The notes below the pieces were generated by a model. That model was not told where the DNA came from, did no database searches, and worked only from the letters and a program-made list of their open reading frames with translations. DNA of 63,789 bases, counting the filler, from Octopus bimaculoides (lineage: Eukaryota), in assembly GCF_001194135.2 (NCBI RefSeq). It is 8 parts of 8 records of this genome, joined end to end, with 100 filler letters (N's around TTAATTAATTAA, not from the genome) between each part and the next. Parts side by side here need not be neighbours in the genome. Positions count along the whole stretch, not along the records: positions 26,636 to 40,437 come from NC_068982.1; 7 more parts are not named here. One strand, written 5' to 3'. Below, one piece after another: positions 27,543-40,241 of this stretch. Each line of letters opens with the position of its first letter. Within the stretch, counting starts at the first letter, position 1. A program made the translations under genes and the position numbers.

Positions 27543-27689
27543 CTAAGAATGAGGCTTGTGGAACTATGAGCTGAATCATAACAACTTCTAACCAATGTAT
27601 GTACTTATATGGGATTAAAAAGCCTCCATAAGCATGCTGTTCTTGTGGATTCATGTAATTAAGGACGACTTTAATGGCAAATATCACAG
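27543..27689 (-). CDS. RHBDD1: RHBDD1 coding exon 2 (147 nt, phase 1-1; absent from the ORF track)
   Basis: Acceptor tttttttatctttacag| and donor TAG|gtaact. Translates (A)VIFAIKVVLNYMNPQEQHAYGGFLIPYKYIHWLEVVMIQLIVPQASFL(G), matching the RHBDL4 pattern VLFALKV...W.EL..I...P..SF.G. Confidence 0.93.
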
Positions 27690-28061
27690 CTGTAAAGATA
27701 AAAAAAGAACATACATTTATTGTAAATAATTTATCTTTTTAATCTATTAGATATGAAAGAGATTTTTCTAATCAACTTAACTGTCATAAAAACAATCATC
27801 ATAAGACATGCTAATTGTCTCTAAGGCACAAGGCCAGCAATTCAGAGGGGAGTGGGTGTTAGTGAATAGCGTGAATCTCAGAACTTGACTGCTACTTAAT
27901 TTTATCGACTCCAAAAGCATGGAAGATAACCATGGCAGGATATGATAAAGAAATGCCACAAAGCAATTTTTTGGGGTGCTCTAGCAATTCTAATTCACTT
28001 TAAAACAAACAAAATCACCACCATCACCACAACAACAACATATAATAATGCCCTGATGCAC

Positions 28062-28608
28062 TACCAGACAGTGGCTCTCATGGTTCTAATCGTAACTGAT
28101 TGGAAGTGCTATCATGTACATTGTTTTGTTTTGGGTATAAAAGATAGGCTACAGTAAATATTCTGTTCAATACCACGGATATGCTTGTCAGTTGTTTGAC
28201 CATAACCAGTCAAGCATGTCCCTTAGTGGCTGAAGATATGTGCATCTCTGATCACAAGCAGAAGTAGTGTGGGAGCACCATAGTCATGTGTTGAGAGGAA
28301 TTCTTTGGGGTTTGAATAATTCACCCATGGAAACATGGGTGTTTCATTCAACATACTTAACCCTTATTCAGGGACCTTTTGAGCGGAATGGCTACTCAAC
28401 CTGATTAAAATTCTAACTGGGTCCCACCTGCAAAGTCATATGCTGTTTATCTTGATAGATCACCATATTGCGCACATATGGTTGTGATGCATGTGCCTAG
28501 TGTACCCTTATCAGATGGGTAGTCATGATGGGTATACTGGGCTTCGTATAGTTTACCCCAGTGTCACTTTGATGGCATGCACTGCTCTCTCATTCAATAA
28601 TAATAATT
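28062..28608 (+). repeat. ~500-bp unclassified interspersed repeat ending in (AAT)n, copy 1
   Basis: Colinear with 32474-32978. Confidence 0.8.
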
Positions 28609-28759
28609 TAAGATTTTATGTTTTAGCAGAGAGCCGGTTATCACATGGGGAGAGGTAAGTCTGTTATATAGACACCGATGCTCCAAAAGACTGAAAGAAC
28701 AAGTTGATCTTAGCAGTATTTAAGTTAGAATGGAAAGAAATAACACACGGTAATAACAA

Positions 28760-29255
28760 CTCTTTGTTATAGGGACAAGGTTTGATATTTTGGCAGAGGA
28801 GACAAATCAATTAAACTGACCCCACCTAGTGGTCAACTGGTACTTATTGTATTGACCCTGAAAAGATGAAATGGGAAGTCAACCTTGGTGGCTATGAACT
28901 CTGAGCATAAAAACAGACAAAATGCATTTTCCAGGCATGCTGACGATTCTGCCAGTTTGCTACCTGAAATAATAATGATATAAACGGTTTCAAATTTTGG
29001 CACAAAACCAGCAATTTCGGGGGAGGGGCTAAGGTGATTACATCAACCCCAGTCTCAGCTGGTACTTATTTTTATCAACCCTGGTGTGCTAACAATTCTG
29101 CCAGTTTGCTGCCTTAATAATAATACTAATAGTAATAATAACCCTTTCTTTTTCTAGGCACAAGGCATGAAATTTTGTAAGAGGGGTTAGTTGATTGCAT
29201 TGATCCCAGTACTTGATTGGTACATGTTTCATCAACCTCGAATGATGAAAGGCTA
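28760..29255 (-). mobile_element. Tandem array of at least 3 SINE family B copies in an RHBDD1 intron
   Basis: Repeated units separated by short (AAT)n tracts; CpG sites decayed. Confidence 0.8.
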
Positions 29256-31481
29256 AGTCCACCTAATAGTCAAACAAATAAGTAATAAATAAAAGGTAAA
29301 TAATCTGATGGCAGAGTTTAAGTCATGATAATATATTATCTGATTTTCATCACAGATATAATAATAAACCAGGAGAAATTTCAAGAGAAAACAAATGGCA
29401 ATACATGACTTCCAATATTTCACCATACTAAAGCAGTTCAAACGAGGTAACTCCAATTTATTGCACACAACAAGTTTCATCACACATATGGAAAAATTTG
29501 AAGCAGAATTAAGTTAGAAGTATTTTAGCCAACTATCAAAAAACAAAGATACTTGCCTTTTTTTTTATTTTCTTGTTGGTGTTATGTTGAGCCCTTGGCA
29601 AAAATACTTACCTCTAAGGTCCATCTTTCTCTAAACAGGTACCATGAAGAGACATAAGTTCTTCCCAAGGAGGGTGACATGACCATACTCGCATGACCAT
29701 CACTCCTGCACATTTCACAGTCTTGAATACTCACCACACACACACACACTCTGCTCACTTGTGGTCAGCCTTCCATAAAGGTTAACAAGACATCCATATT
29801 ATCAACATTCATCCCATTTTCCTCCAGCCTTTCCCTCCTACATCTAATACCTATATCTTGCTAACTTGTAGTATTATATATATTCAGATGTGCAGATGTA
29901 AAGAAATACATAGATACACACATGTACATGCATATACACACACAATATGTGTGTGTGTGTGTGTATTCACATACTCCTAACATAAATCTGGCGTCCCTCC
30001 CCCACTTTTTGGTTTGTAGTCTTGCAAACTGTATGATGATTTCATTGGTGTTGATGACATGAAACAAGCACCACTATACACTATAATGTGGCTGACATTA
30101 GGAAGAGCCTTCAGCTGTAGAAACCATGCTGAAATAGACATCAGGGCAGGATGCAGTCTCATCGAATCTTGTCAAACTGTCCAACCTTTGTTACTATGGA
30201 ACATAGATGTTAAATGATGATGATACATATTTCAGTTTCCATTGACCAAATCTGTTCGCATGACTTTGGTCAACCTGGGGCTATACTAGAAAACACCTTC
30301 CCAAGATACTATGCAGAGCAGCAAATGCATGTGAATGTGTGTACATATATCTTACATGAGCATATATTGACCAGCTCACTACAAACTTGTAACAAGAACT
30401 ATTTACAAATTTAGAGATAAAACAGACAAAAATTTATATAAGTTTCTGCCTATTTACTTCCTACATGTAGAACAAAGACAGATTATTCTAAAACCTTATA
30501 TTCTGTTATGAGTAAGCATTTTGGCATTTGAATGCTAATTTCAGGTGTTTGAACTCTAAGCCATGCTTCCATGCTTTGGAACTTTCTCTGCAACTCTTTA
30601 AAATATTTTGCAATCTGAAAAAAGTCCTTAGCATATCAAAGTTTTAAAGACAACCAAATCTTGAACTTCTTTATCCTGCAGAACTATAATGAATAGAAGT
30701 GAGTAAAACACCAATGTCTAGTGAACAGCTAGGTGATCACTAAATTTGTCTATGAAGTTGCTACCAAAGGTAACTACCTCACAACTTCCTCCTAGTAGAC
30801 TACAAAGTGTGGGATACTGATAAAGGTCTTCCACAAATCAACAAATTCAAATTGGAGCTAATTATTCTTAACTAAGAACATTTCGCACAGTTGTTTCACT
30901 AGAAATATGGCACCTGTTGTTCCCCAAACCAGTGTAAACCCAAACCTAACTTTATTAAAAAATCTCTCCTTGTAGTATATAACAATTATTTGAGATAGCA
31001 CTACATATTAAGTGAGCCACTGGCATTCAACCTGTTTAGTCTGATACTTTCAGCATCTCAGAAAACAACCCTTATTGATCAATACCTCCCACTGCTTTTG
31101 TCGTCTTCATAATCTTATTAACCATCCTAACACCTCATTAATTCAACTTAAGGCAGCACTCGCTATTCCACTCATAATTCTTATTCAAAACTTTTCCATA
31201 GCAGTATTTCTGTCTCTTTATTTTCCCAATCACAGAAGGCGACAAACCACTGTATCATTGCAGATACATTTCTCTCAATAGTAATTTCGATACTTACAAG
31301 CACACTGCCTTGCAATTTCAGAATATCTCACACCTCCACTTAGAATCCAATATGCAGAACAATAAGAATATCTCTTACTATTAGCATTTCTTCTGGACTA
31401 AGATATATGTGTATGTGTGTATTTTATTCAGTGCACATCTATATAGGACTGTGTGCTTAAATGCATTCAATAGTAACTCAC

Positions 31482-31938
31482 CTGAGAATCCAACAGCACA
31501 AGTCAGTTCATAGGAAGTATCATTAGTTAACATCATCATTAAAATATTTAGTGCAATAAGAACAACACCTGAAGCTACAGTACAAAATACCAATAAAAAT
31601 CCAAAGTGTTGTGATGATAGCCTTTTTTCTAGGCGGATACCTTTCGAAAGGAAAGAAACCATGTTATAATAAAGATGTAGATCATCGAGATGGAAAAATG
31701 CTCCATAGATTAATCGTTTCCATTGCAAATGAGTCCATACATGAAACACACTGATGCAAGCAGTTTCTACTGATGGGAAAATTGACACGGGCATAAAGAA
31801 GTTCTCAAAGTGAACAGCTACATTCACTAAGGTGACAAATAATGTAACTGGTGGGATTACAGAAAAGCCACCAAGATACATTAGATGATTAAGTAACTGT
31901 AATAAAATGAAGAAGGAGCCTCTGCCTCTTCTATCCAT
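31482..31938 (-). CDS. RHBDD1: Rhomboid protease RHBDD1/RHBDL4, first coding exon
   Basis: Translates MDRRGRGS...QWKRLIYGAFFHLDDLHLYYNMVS...CAVGFS, with the rhomboid WxR, HxxxxHxxxN and GxS motifs. Acceptor ttctag| gives exon start 31968. An in-frame TGA lies 5 codons upstream of ATG 31938. Donor is CAG|GTGAGT at 31482/31481 (phase 1). Confidence 0.95.
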
Positions 31939-32009
31939 CGTTGAAAGGTCAGATCATCCAAACACAAACTAGAAATAAAAAAGAAAACAATCAATTAGAA
32001 TAATAATAA

Positions 32010-32433
32010 TAATAATAATCCTTTCTACTATAGGCACAAGGCTTGAAGTATGGGGGAGGAGACTAGTCAATTACATCAACCACTGTGCGTAACTGGTACT
32101 TAATTTATCAACCCCAAAAGGATGAAAAGTGAAGTCAACCTTGGCAGAATTTGAACTCAGAACATACCGCTAAGCATTTCATCTAGCGTGCTAACGATTC
32201 TGCTAGCTTGCTGCCTTAATAATAATAATAATGGTGGCAAATTTTGCTACAAGGGTAGCAAATTTGGGGGAAGGGATGAATCGATTGTATCGACCTCAGT
32301 GTTCAACTGGTACTTATTTTATTGACCCCGAAAGGATGAAAACAAAGCCGACCTCAAACACAGAATGTAGCAATGGGTAAAATACTACTAAGCATTTAAT
32401 CTAATGTGCTAATGATTCTGCCAGCTCACCATC

Positions 32434-32435
<2 letters not shown>
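32010..32435 (-). mobile_element. Two tandem SINE family B copies in the RHBDD1 leader intron
   Basis: Head-to-tail copies bounded by (AAT)n tracts. Confidence 0.8.
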
Positions 32436-32473
<38 letters not shown>

Positions 32474-32475
<2 letters not shown>

Positions 32476-32978
32476 GGGCTACAGCAAATATTCTGCTCAA
32501 TGCCACAGTTTTGCTTGTCAGTTGTTTGACCATAACTAGTTGAGCATGTCCCTTGGTGGCTGACGATATGTGCATCTCTGATCACAAGCACAAGTAGTTG
32601 GGGAGCATCATAGGCATGTGTCAAGAGGAGTTCTTTGGGGTTTGAATAATTCATGTTTGGGAACATGGGCGTTTTGTTCAACATCCTTAAACAAGTCTTA
32701 TTCAGGGACCTTTTGAGCAGGATGGACTACTCAACCTGAGGAAAATTCTAACTGGGCCCCGCCTGTAAGGTTTATTTTGATATGAGGTCAGTTATATTTT
32801 GATATGAGGTCACTGTTTATTTTGATATGAGGTCACCAAGTCACGCATATATGGTTGTGATGCATGTGCTTGGTATACCCCTTATCAAACAGGTAGTCAT
32901 GATGGCTATATTGGGCTTTGTATATTTGTACCCCAACATCACTTTGATTGCATGCATTGCTTTCTCACTCAATAATAA
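32474..32978 (+). repeat. ~500-bp unclassified interspersed repeat, copy 2
   Basis: Colinear with 28062-28608, with a small internal tandem triplication (ttttgatatgaggtca) at about 32775-32836. Confidence 0.8.
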
Positions 32979-33139
32979 TGTTTCCAATTTTGAGACAAGA
33001 CCAGTAATTTTAGGGGTATGAGGTTCGTCAGTTACATCAACCCCAGTACTTGACTGGTACTTTATTTTTATCAACCCCAAAAGAATGAAACCAGAAGAAA
33101 TACCACTATGCATTTTGCATGTAAAAGCACCCATTATAC

Positions 33140-33280
33140 TCTCAGAGTGGTTGGTATTAGGAAGGGCATCCAGCCATAGAAACCATGCCAAATCAGACTG
33201 GTGTCTGGTGCAGCCTTACAGCTTGTCAACCCTGTACAAACCATCAAACCCATGCCAGCATGGACAACAGACTTTAAATA
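33140..33280 (+). repeat. RTE-type 3'-tail repeat
   Basis: ggtattaggaagggcatccagcc...ccatgccagcatgga; related pieces at about 30075-30225 and 27375-27495, which end in gatgat. Confidence 0.55.
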
Positions 33281-33697
33281 CATCCCCTAGATAGCAAACA
33301 CTATTGACTACTTCTAATGAGCCGTCTGGGCATCTAAGGGAATTTTATTTCTAGTGTGCTCTAGGTATGTGCTGCTCCAGTGCATCTGTTGTATATGAAG
33401 CATACTTTCTTAGTTAATCTGCCAATAATTCTACTACACCTCATGTATCCATAGCTTACACTGAGTTGGATACAGCATATAAATTTTATAGTTACTCCTT
33501 TTTTGCATATCAATCAAGATAATTCCCTGAAGATACCAGGGTTCTGCCTTCTTTCTAACTTAATAAAAACTTTAGACTTTGTTAAATTTACCTTGAGACC
33601 CCTTGATACTAGAGTTAGCTTCCATGTCTGGAATTTATTCTCTAATTCTCCCAGAGATTCAGCTATGAGAACAATATGATCAGCATATGAGAGTTAC

Positions 33698-33850
33698 CAT
33701 GGGCATCCACTCTCAAATTTCTTAGCGAAACCACATTTTGGTTCATTGACTGACGAGGAAAACTCAGCTGCGAATATTCCGTGTATCGTGTCTTTGTCTA
33801 TATTCCCCTGCTCAATCCTTGATATATCCATGTAACGCAACGCACGCCGT
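33698..33850 (-). other. Putative upstream (5' leader) exon of RHBDD1
   Basis: Unique sequence ending at donor ATG|gtaact (33698/33697), exactly where CpG-poor gene-body sequence gives way to CpG-rich sequence. The 5' boundary is unknown. Confidence 0.45.
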
Positions 33851-33864
33851 TTGTTTGCTTTTAC

Positions 33865-33913
<49 letters not shown>

Positions 33914-34260
33914 TACACCGCTTATTTGGCGGCACACACAGTTGTTCAGCGCATGTTCCTGTTAGAAATGCGTATAAACAGATTCTTAGCTAGAAGTTGA
34001 GTCCAGTCAACAATATGGTACGTAACCCTGTTTACCAAACAACTGACAAACACTACCACATATCATCTTCACTCTTACATCTACTTTCATACAAACATAT
34101 CCATATACAGAAGTATGAATTCCAGGATTCGAAACTCCGATAAAAATCAAATATCTATATTTTCCACTATACCTCGGTCGTGTTTTCCGTGGAGGAAATT
34201 CGTCTTAGACACCGGTCTCCAAAAAGACAGATTGCTTGTTTATTTTAGTCGAGCAATATA
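33720..34260. promoter_or_regulatory. CpG-retaining putative promoter region of RHBDD1
   Basis: About 20 CpG in about 540 bp by eye, versus about 7 CpG in 30001-31380. Lies immediately upstream of the putative first exon. Confidence 0.5.
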
Positions 34261-35546
34261 TTAAAAATAAAAAATGTCAAACAAAGAAAAGAAACAAATT
34301 ACTGATTTATGTTCTTTAAATGAAAGTACTACCATGCTTCTTTCTGTCGGACGAATTTCAAGAAGTTAACTTATAAAAATAAAATAATTTATAAACATTT
34401 TTGTAATAAAATAATATTACAGGAATAATATAGACTTAGAATAAAAAGAGATTATTTAAAAACTGAAACAAAAAAGGTGAGAAGTATCGGATCATAAAGT
34501 ATAAATAAAACAATTTTACAAATAAGGCTTGCAGGTAGAAGTTGTATTTATAGACTCAGAGAATAATTAGCTCTGAAGAAGTTGTCGAATATGTAATGTA
34601 AACGGTCCCCCGTACAAAACAAACCGGACCATATAAAGACACCATATTCACCCAGTTTAGAAATAAACCATCATTTTATATAAGTGACTTGTAAAATTAA
34701 ACTGCGTTAATCACCATTTATGGTAGATCTTAGGCATAAAAGAGAACAGCTTGGAATTTATGTAGGCATACGGTGATTCCACACGTACGTAGTGTAAGTA
34801 ATACTTGATGAGTTAATGAAGGAGACTATGATCACTGAGGCTAATTAAACTAAATTAGCTGGCATTTTATAATAATATTTTATAAAGAATAAGACATCGT
34901 TTTGTCGTTCCTATGTTAGACTCTATTTGTACGGGTAGAGGTTGTTTATGTACATATTTGACAACTTCATAATGATTGCTGGTTTCTTAAATAGTAATAT
35001 GAGTAAATTGCATATTTACGAAATATCGGGAAACTTGTATAGGTAATATGCCTGTTGGTTCGAAGGCCAAATGATGTTAGTTCGATGGCCAAATGATCGA
35101 TTAAACAAACACTTCCGAAATAATTTCTCAAATCATGGCAACTATTAAAGGGGAGATAACTGGCAATTGTTTGTTTCATTATTTACAGAAGAGTGGGCAG
35201 GGTGACCCACACTGTGATTACTGTTTAGCTCTCGTTTACCATGGTACGGCAGATTTTATCCGATTAATGGCATATTATATCCTGTATGTCCTTTATATAT
35301 AGCTAGTAGTCAACAGTTTAAGAGGGATTTTAGCTGCTATTTCCATTATTAAACCGTGAAAGCCATTTACTAAGTTCAATATTCTGACCACATCGTTTGA
35401 GCAGAACCTAATGTGCAGCTTTCTACAACAACAACATAGTTGTACTTTCTTCCTTTCTCGTACTAGTCACGGAAGCCCTATGAATGATCTTTTGTTTCAT
35501 GTACAAATAACAGACAACAAAATGAAAGGAAACTGTTGTCTAGCTA

Positions 35547-35870
35547 TTACGCCATAAAACACAGTTTCGTAGGAAGATCGCCCTTACCATATTTCTGGAA
35601 ATCACGTCGAGTAAACTCTTGTAAGCTGGGAAGCAAGTATCTGAAGTCTCTGTGCATGACACGATCTTTGCTTTTGATGAAATGCCATGTCCCTTCTATT
35701 GTGTTTGGATGTAATATTGCATAGTTGGGAATCTATGAAATAAAGACTAGTGTACCGTGCAATGGTTTCTCAGTTGTTTTCCTTTGATGTTGTTGTCTTC
35801 AACTGTATGGACGTAATACGAAAGGTCACCGACTTTCTACAAGATCATAACCATTGCCCTTCTACTTCTG
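35547..35870 (-). mobile_element. Possible Merlin (IS1016/ISXO2-like) transposase remnant
   Basis: HPNTIEGTWHFIKSKDRVMH...LQEF resembles the Merlin H.NTIEG.W...K...YL.EF motif; heavily degraded. Confidence 0.4.
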
Positions 35871-35894
35871 ACTAAGCCGCAATCTATAATCGAA

Positions 35895-36145
35895 GGACAA
35901 CGTAGAAGCTCCGTCGTTCGCTCGTTGTTAGAGTTTAGCCCCAGTTTACGAGGATTGAATAGACCTATGCTCAGAGACTTTCCCATTGTGACTATTCTGT
36001 CTTTTATTCAGATTTCAGTTAGAACTACCGTATTTCATGTGTTCTTTTTTAAAACAATAGAGTGATTAGCGGAGGATATGGTTGCTATTGATAGCAGGAC
36101 GAACGATTTCGTAGTGTTTCTCTTTTAAGCTTCACCAAAGTACGT
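35895..36145 (+). repeat. Unclassified dispersed repeat
   Basis: Shares aaaacaat.g....gat.t.g.(c/t)gctatt motifs with about 5850-6090, 19720-19770 and 50490-50560. Confidence 0.4.
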
Positions 36146-37663
36146 TGTTGTTCGTCCGGCCCCATATTATCTCTAATCAGTAAGTCATATGGCATATAGG
36201 TTGTTCACCGAAAGACATGGTGCGAACCACGGATCTGATTTCATAGTTAAACATGACTCTGTCTCGCTAAAGACCAAACAACACACCTACCTGCAGTGGT
36301 GAATCATATGGGGAGCAGTATGACAACTCAGACATGTTACACTGTCTACCTTTGTCTGTACACCCATAGAATTCGAGTGATCACAGTAAAGGCGGACAAG
36401 ATCAGGGCACGACAGTCGATGCTCCTCTGCAGTTATTATTGACGCTCTGCATTTCAGCAGATTATATGTGTTTTTAACTTTACAGACATTCTTGTGTATA
36501 TGTGTTTGAGTTTGTTTGGGGGTTTTTTTTTCTGTTTCTCTGGGTTATGTAAGAGAAATAGTGTTCCCTTAGGGCACTATTGTAGTTGTGGTCTGAGATA
36601 CAGTGGTGAAACTGGAGTGTGTGCGGTCCAGGCAACCCTTAGGTCTCTCCACCTCGAAGATTTACAGATTTATACAGCGAACCCCAATAGTACCACCCGA
36701 GGCAGACCGCTCTTCACCTACTCCCAGCTATGCTAGAGCCGGGATGTTCTATATGTGTTTAGGTATTAAACGTGATTTTGTCTTGTAGCAGTGGTGACAG
36801 TGAAGGCGAAATTTTCTCCGAAACAAACTCTTCCCCAAACATATTTAGTTGGTCTCTCGGTTTATATATTTCAATCGTTAGAACCTGAGCGGAAATGCCA
36901 TGAGACCAGTATACGCCGAGGAGCAAAGGCAATTGTAGTGTCAATGATAAGTACAGAGTAAGAAAACATGTTTGTGGGCCAGAAGTTGAGGTGTATTAAC
37001 GAGCTACTTCGTGTCTATCAGTCGTATAGCCGGATATTTGAGAAGGGATAAACTGATACCATTAACCTCAATATTCGTCTGGTATTTTATTTATCTTCAC
37101 CGAAAGGAATGACTGTTGAAGTCGACCACTGCAGAACACGAATTCAGAACGTAGAGTCGAAACAAACACCGCTAAGCATTTTATCCAATGCTCTAACTAA
37201 AGATTCTGCCAATACATTAAATGCTTTTAATATTGGTTTCAAATTTTAGCACAAGACCAGCAATTTCGGTGGACGGGGGTAAGTTTATTACATCGACTCT
37301 AGTATTCAAGTACTTATTTTATCGACTTCGAAGGGCTGAAAGGCAAAGTCAACTTTGGTGGAATTAGAACTTACAAAAAAGGTAGACGAAATGCCACAAA
37401 GCAGGCGCGCTAACGATTCTGCCAGCTCGCCGCTTTGACTATTTTCATCGTAGGAGTTACTTCCCTTAGACCATGCTCATTCTATTTGACGACCGAAATC
37501 GTTTTAGTTTATTTTATCTTTGTTAGGCAGAAGACTGCGGCCATGCTGGGGTACTGCCCAGAAGAATTTAATCGAACAAATTGACCCCAGTATTTACTTT
37601 TTAAAGTCTGATACATATTCTGCCGTTCTCGTTGCCGAACTGCTAAGTTACGAGGATGTAAAC

Positions 37664-38070
37664 AAGCGGAGGAGTGGCTGTGTGGTAAGTAGCTTGCTTA
37701 CCAACCACATGGTTCCGGGTTCATTCCTACTGCGTAGCACCTTGGGCAAGTGTCTTCTACTATAGCCTCGGGCCGACCAAAGCCTCGTGAGTGGATTTGG
37801 TAGACGGAAACTGAAAGAAGCTTGTCGTATATATGTATATATTTATATGTATGTGTGTGTATATGTTTGTGTGTCTGTGTTTGTTCCCCCAACATCGCTT
37901 GACAACCGATGCTGGTGTGTTTACGTCCCTGTAACTTAGCGGTTCACCAAAAATGACCGATAGAATAAATACCAAGCTTACAAAGAGTAAGTCCTGGGGT
38001 CGATTAGCTCGACTAAAGGCGGTGCTCCAGCATGGCCGCAGTCAGATGATTGAAACAGGTTAAAGAGTAA
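37664..38070 (+). mobile_element. SINE family A copy nested in an older antisense family A copy
   Basis: The host SINE is split at gtaaac (37658-37663 and 38067-38072). Confidence 0.85.
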
Positions 38071-39610
38071 ACCAACACTGTTTGTCAAGCTGTGATGGGA
38101 GGAAAGTATAAAGACACATTCACAGATGTGTGTGTGCGCGCGTCTTTGTATTATATACACGATGTGTTTCTTTCAGTTCCCGTCAGCCGAATTCACTCTC
38201 AAGGCTTCGGTCGGCCCAGGGCTATATGACATTTGAAAAAAGTGCTGCACTATGGGGCTGAATCCATGATTACACGTTTTAATCACACAGCCACCCATAT
38301 TTGCTAGGTATAGATGAGAAACATTTTATTCTTCGTTCAAAACATGTCCATGCGCTCGAGCACGTAATCAAGCCGAATATGAATTACAACATAAAGCGGA
38401 AGTCACGTAATGGTGCAAAACGGAAAGGACGTGGCAGACGAAAATAGAAATGATTAGCATGGACACACATTATAACATTATTTCTCTGTCTGTCTGTCTG
38501 TATCTCTCTCTCTCTCTCTCTTATGTTTGTGTATCTTTTTATTTTATTTTTACTTGTTTCTGGCATTGCCGAATCGCTAAGTTACGGGGCCAACAACAAT
38601 GGTTGTCAAGCAGTGGGCAGGAGCACAAACATAGACACAAAGACACATACACACACACACACATACACATATATATATAATAATACAAAGAACATATATG
38701 CATGTATACACACATATACGTACATACTTACATCTACATGTGTATATAGATGCATATCAGGGTACAAGACTTTAGAACAATGAACTACAGACCACGGAAC
38801 GAACACATAGGAAAACAGATAGCCACTAGGAATTAATCCTTCGTCAGCTGCCTCTATTCTAACTAGGCGTTTCGAAGATAAGGCAGAATGCACTATAGAA
38901 TAGTCTCTTCCTGAGTAGTAGATCGACCCACTAAACAGAGGATTCCAAGGTGGCAAACACAAACCAAGACAGGAAAAAATGGACAGTGAAAACAACATTA
39001 AAAAGCCGTACGGCCAAACGCGAATCTGATGTTGAACGCTAATAGTNNNNNNNNNNNNNNNNNNNNNNNNNNNNNNNNNNNNNNNNNNNNNNNNNNNNNN
39101 NNNNNNNNNNNNNNNNNNNNNNNNNNNNNNNNNNNNNNNNNNNNNNNNNNNNNNNNNNNNNNNNNNNNNNNNNNNNNNNNNNNNNNNNNNNNNNNNNNNN
39201 NNNNNNNNNNNNNNNNNNNNNNNNNNNNNNNNNNNNNNNNNNNNNNNNNNNNNNNNNNNNNNNNNNNNNNNNNNNNNNNNNNNNNNNNNNNNNNNNNNNN
39301 NNNNNNNNNNNNNNNNNNNNNNNNNNNNNNNNNNNNNNNNNNNNNNNNNNNNNNNNNNNNNNNNNNNNNNNNNNNNNNNNNNNNNNNNNNNNNNNNNNNN
39401 NNNNNNNNNNNNNNNNNNNNNNNNNNNNNNNNNNNNNNNNNNNNNNNNNNNNNNNNNNNNNNNNNNNNNNNNNNNNNNNNNNNNNNNNNNNNNNNNNNNN
39501 NNNNNNNNNNNNNNNNNNNNNNNNNNNNNNNNNNNNNNNNNNNNNNNNNNNNNNNNNNNNNNNNNNNNNNNNNNNNNNNNNNNNNNNNNNNNNNNNNNNN
39601 NNNNNNNNNN

Positions 39611-40209
39611 GTGTGTTTGTGTGTGTGTGACGTAGTGGAAGGAATTAGTAGCAGTAATAGTTAGTGGGTGCTTATGGACAATGGTCAGTGGAAGGTCAGG
39701 AGGCAGTTTTTGAGTATGTGTGTGTTTGTGTGGGGTTGTAGGTGTTGGGTACGTGTGCATGTGTGTGTGTATTTTGTACGTGCGTTTGCTTCTGTAAGTG
39801 CGTGTGTTGTTTATGCCCATGTGTGTGTGACTGTATGCGTGTCTGTGTGAGTGTGTTATGTTGGTGAGAGGTGTGTATGTGTATATGGGTGTGTGGGATT
39901 GTGAGTGTTAGGTACGTGTGCGTGTGTGTGTATGCGCGTGTGTGTTTATGTGTGTCTGTATGTGTCCGTGCGCGTGTGTGTATATTTTTTGTGCGTGCGT
40001 GTATGTGTATATTGTGTATGTTTTCGTGCGTGCGTGTGTGTGTGTGTATGTTGTGTATATGTGCGTTCCTGTGTGTGTGGGGGTGTGCATGTGTTTGCTT
40101 ACGTACGTGCGTGCAAGTGCGTGTGTCATTTATGCTCCTTGTGTGTGTAGTTGTATGCATGTTTATGTGAGTGTGTGTTGTGTATGTGAGTGAGTATTGT
40201 GTGTGACAG

Positions 40210-40241
<32 letters not shown>

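Noticed and set aside
38835-38880. Minus-strand GAAAC...CTGACGA-AGGA/TCCT hammerhead-like arrangement
   Set aside because: No GAAA follows the hairpin, there is no NUH triplet, and helix pairing fits neither type I nor type II.
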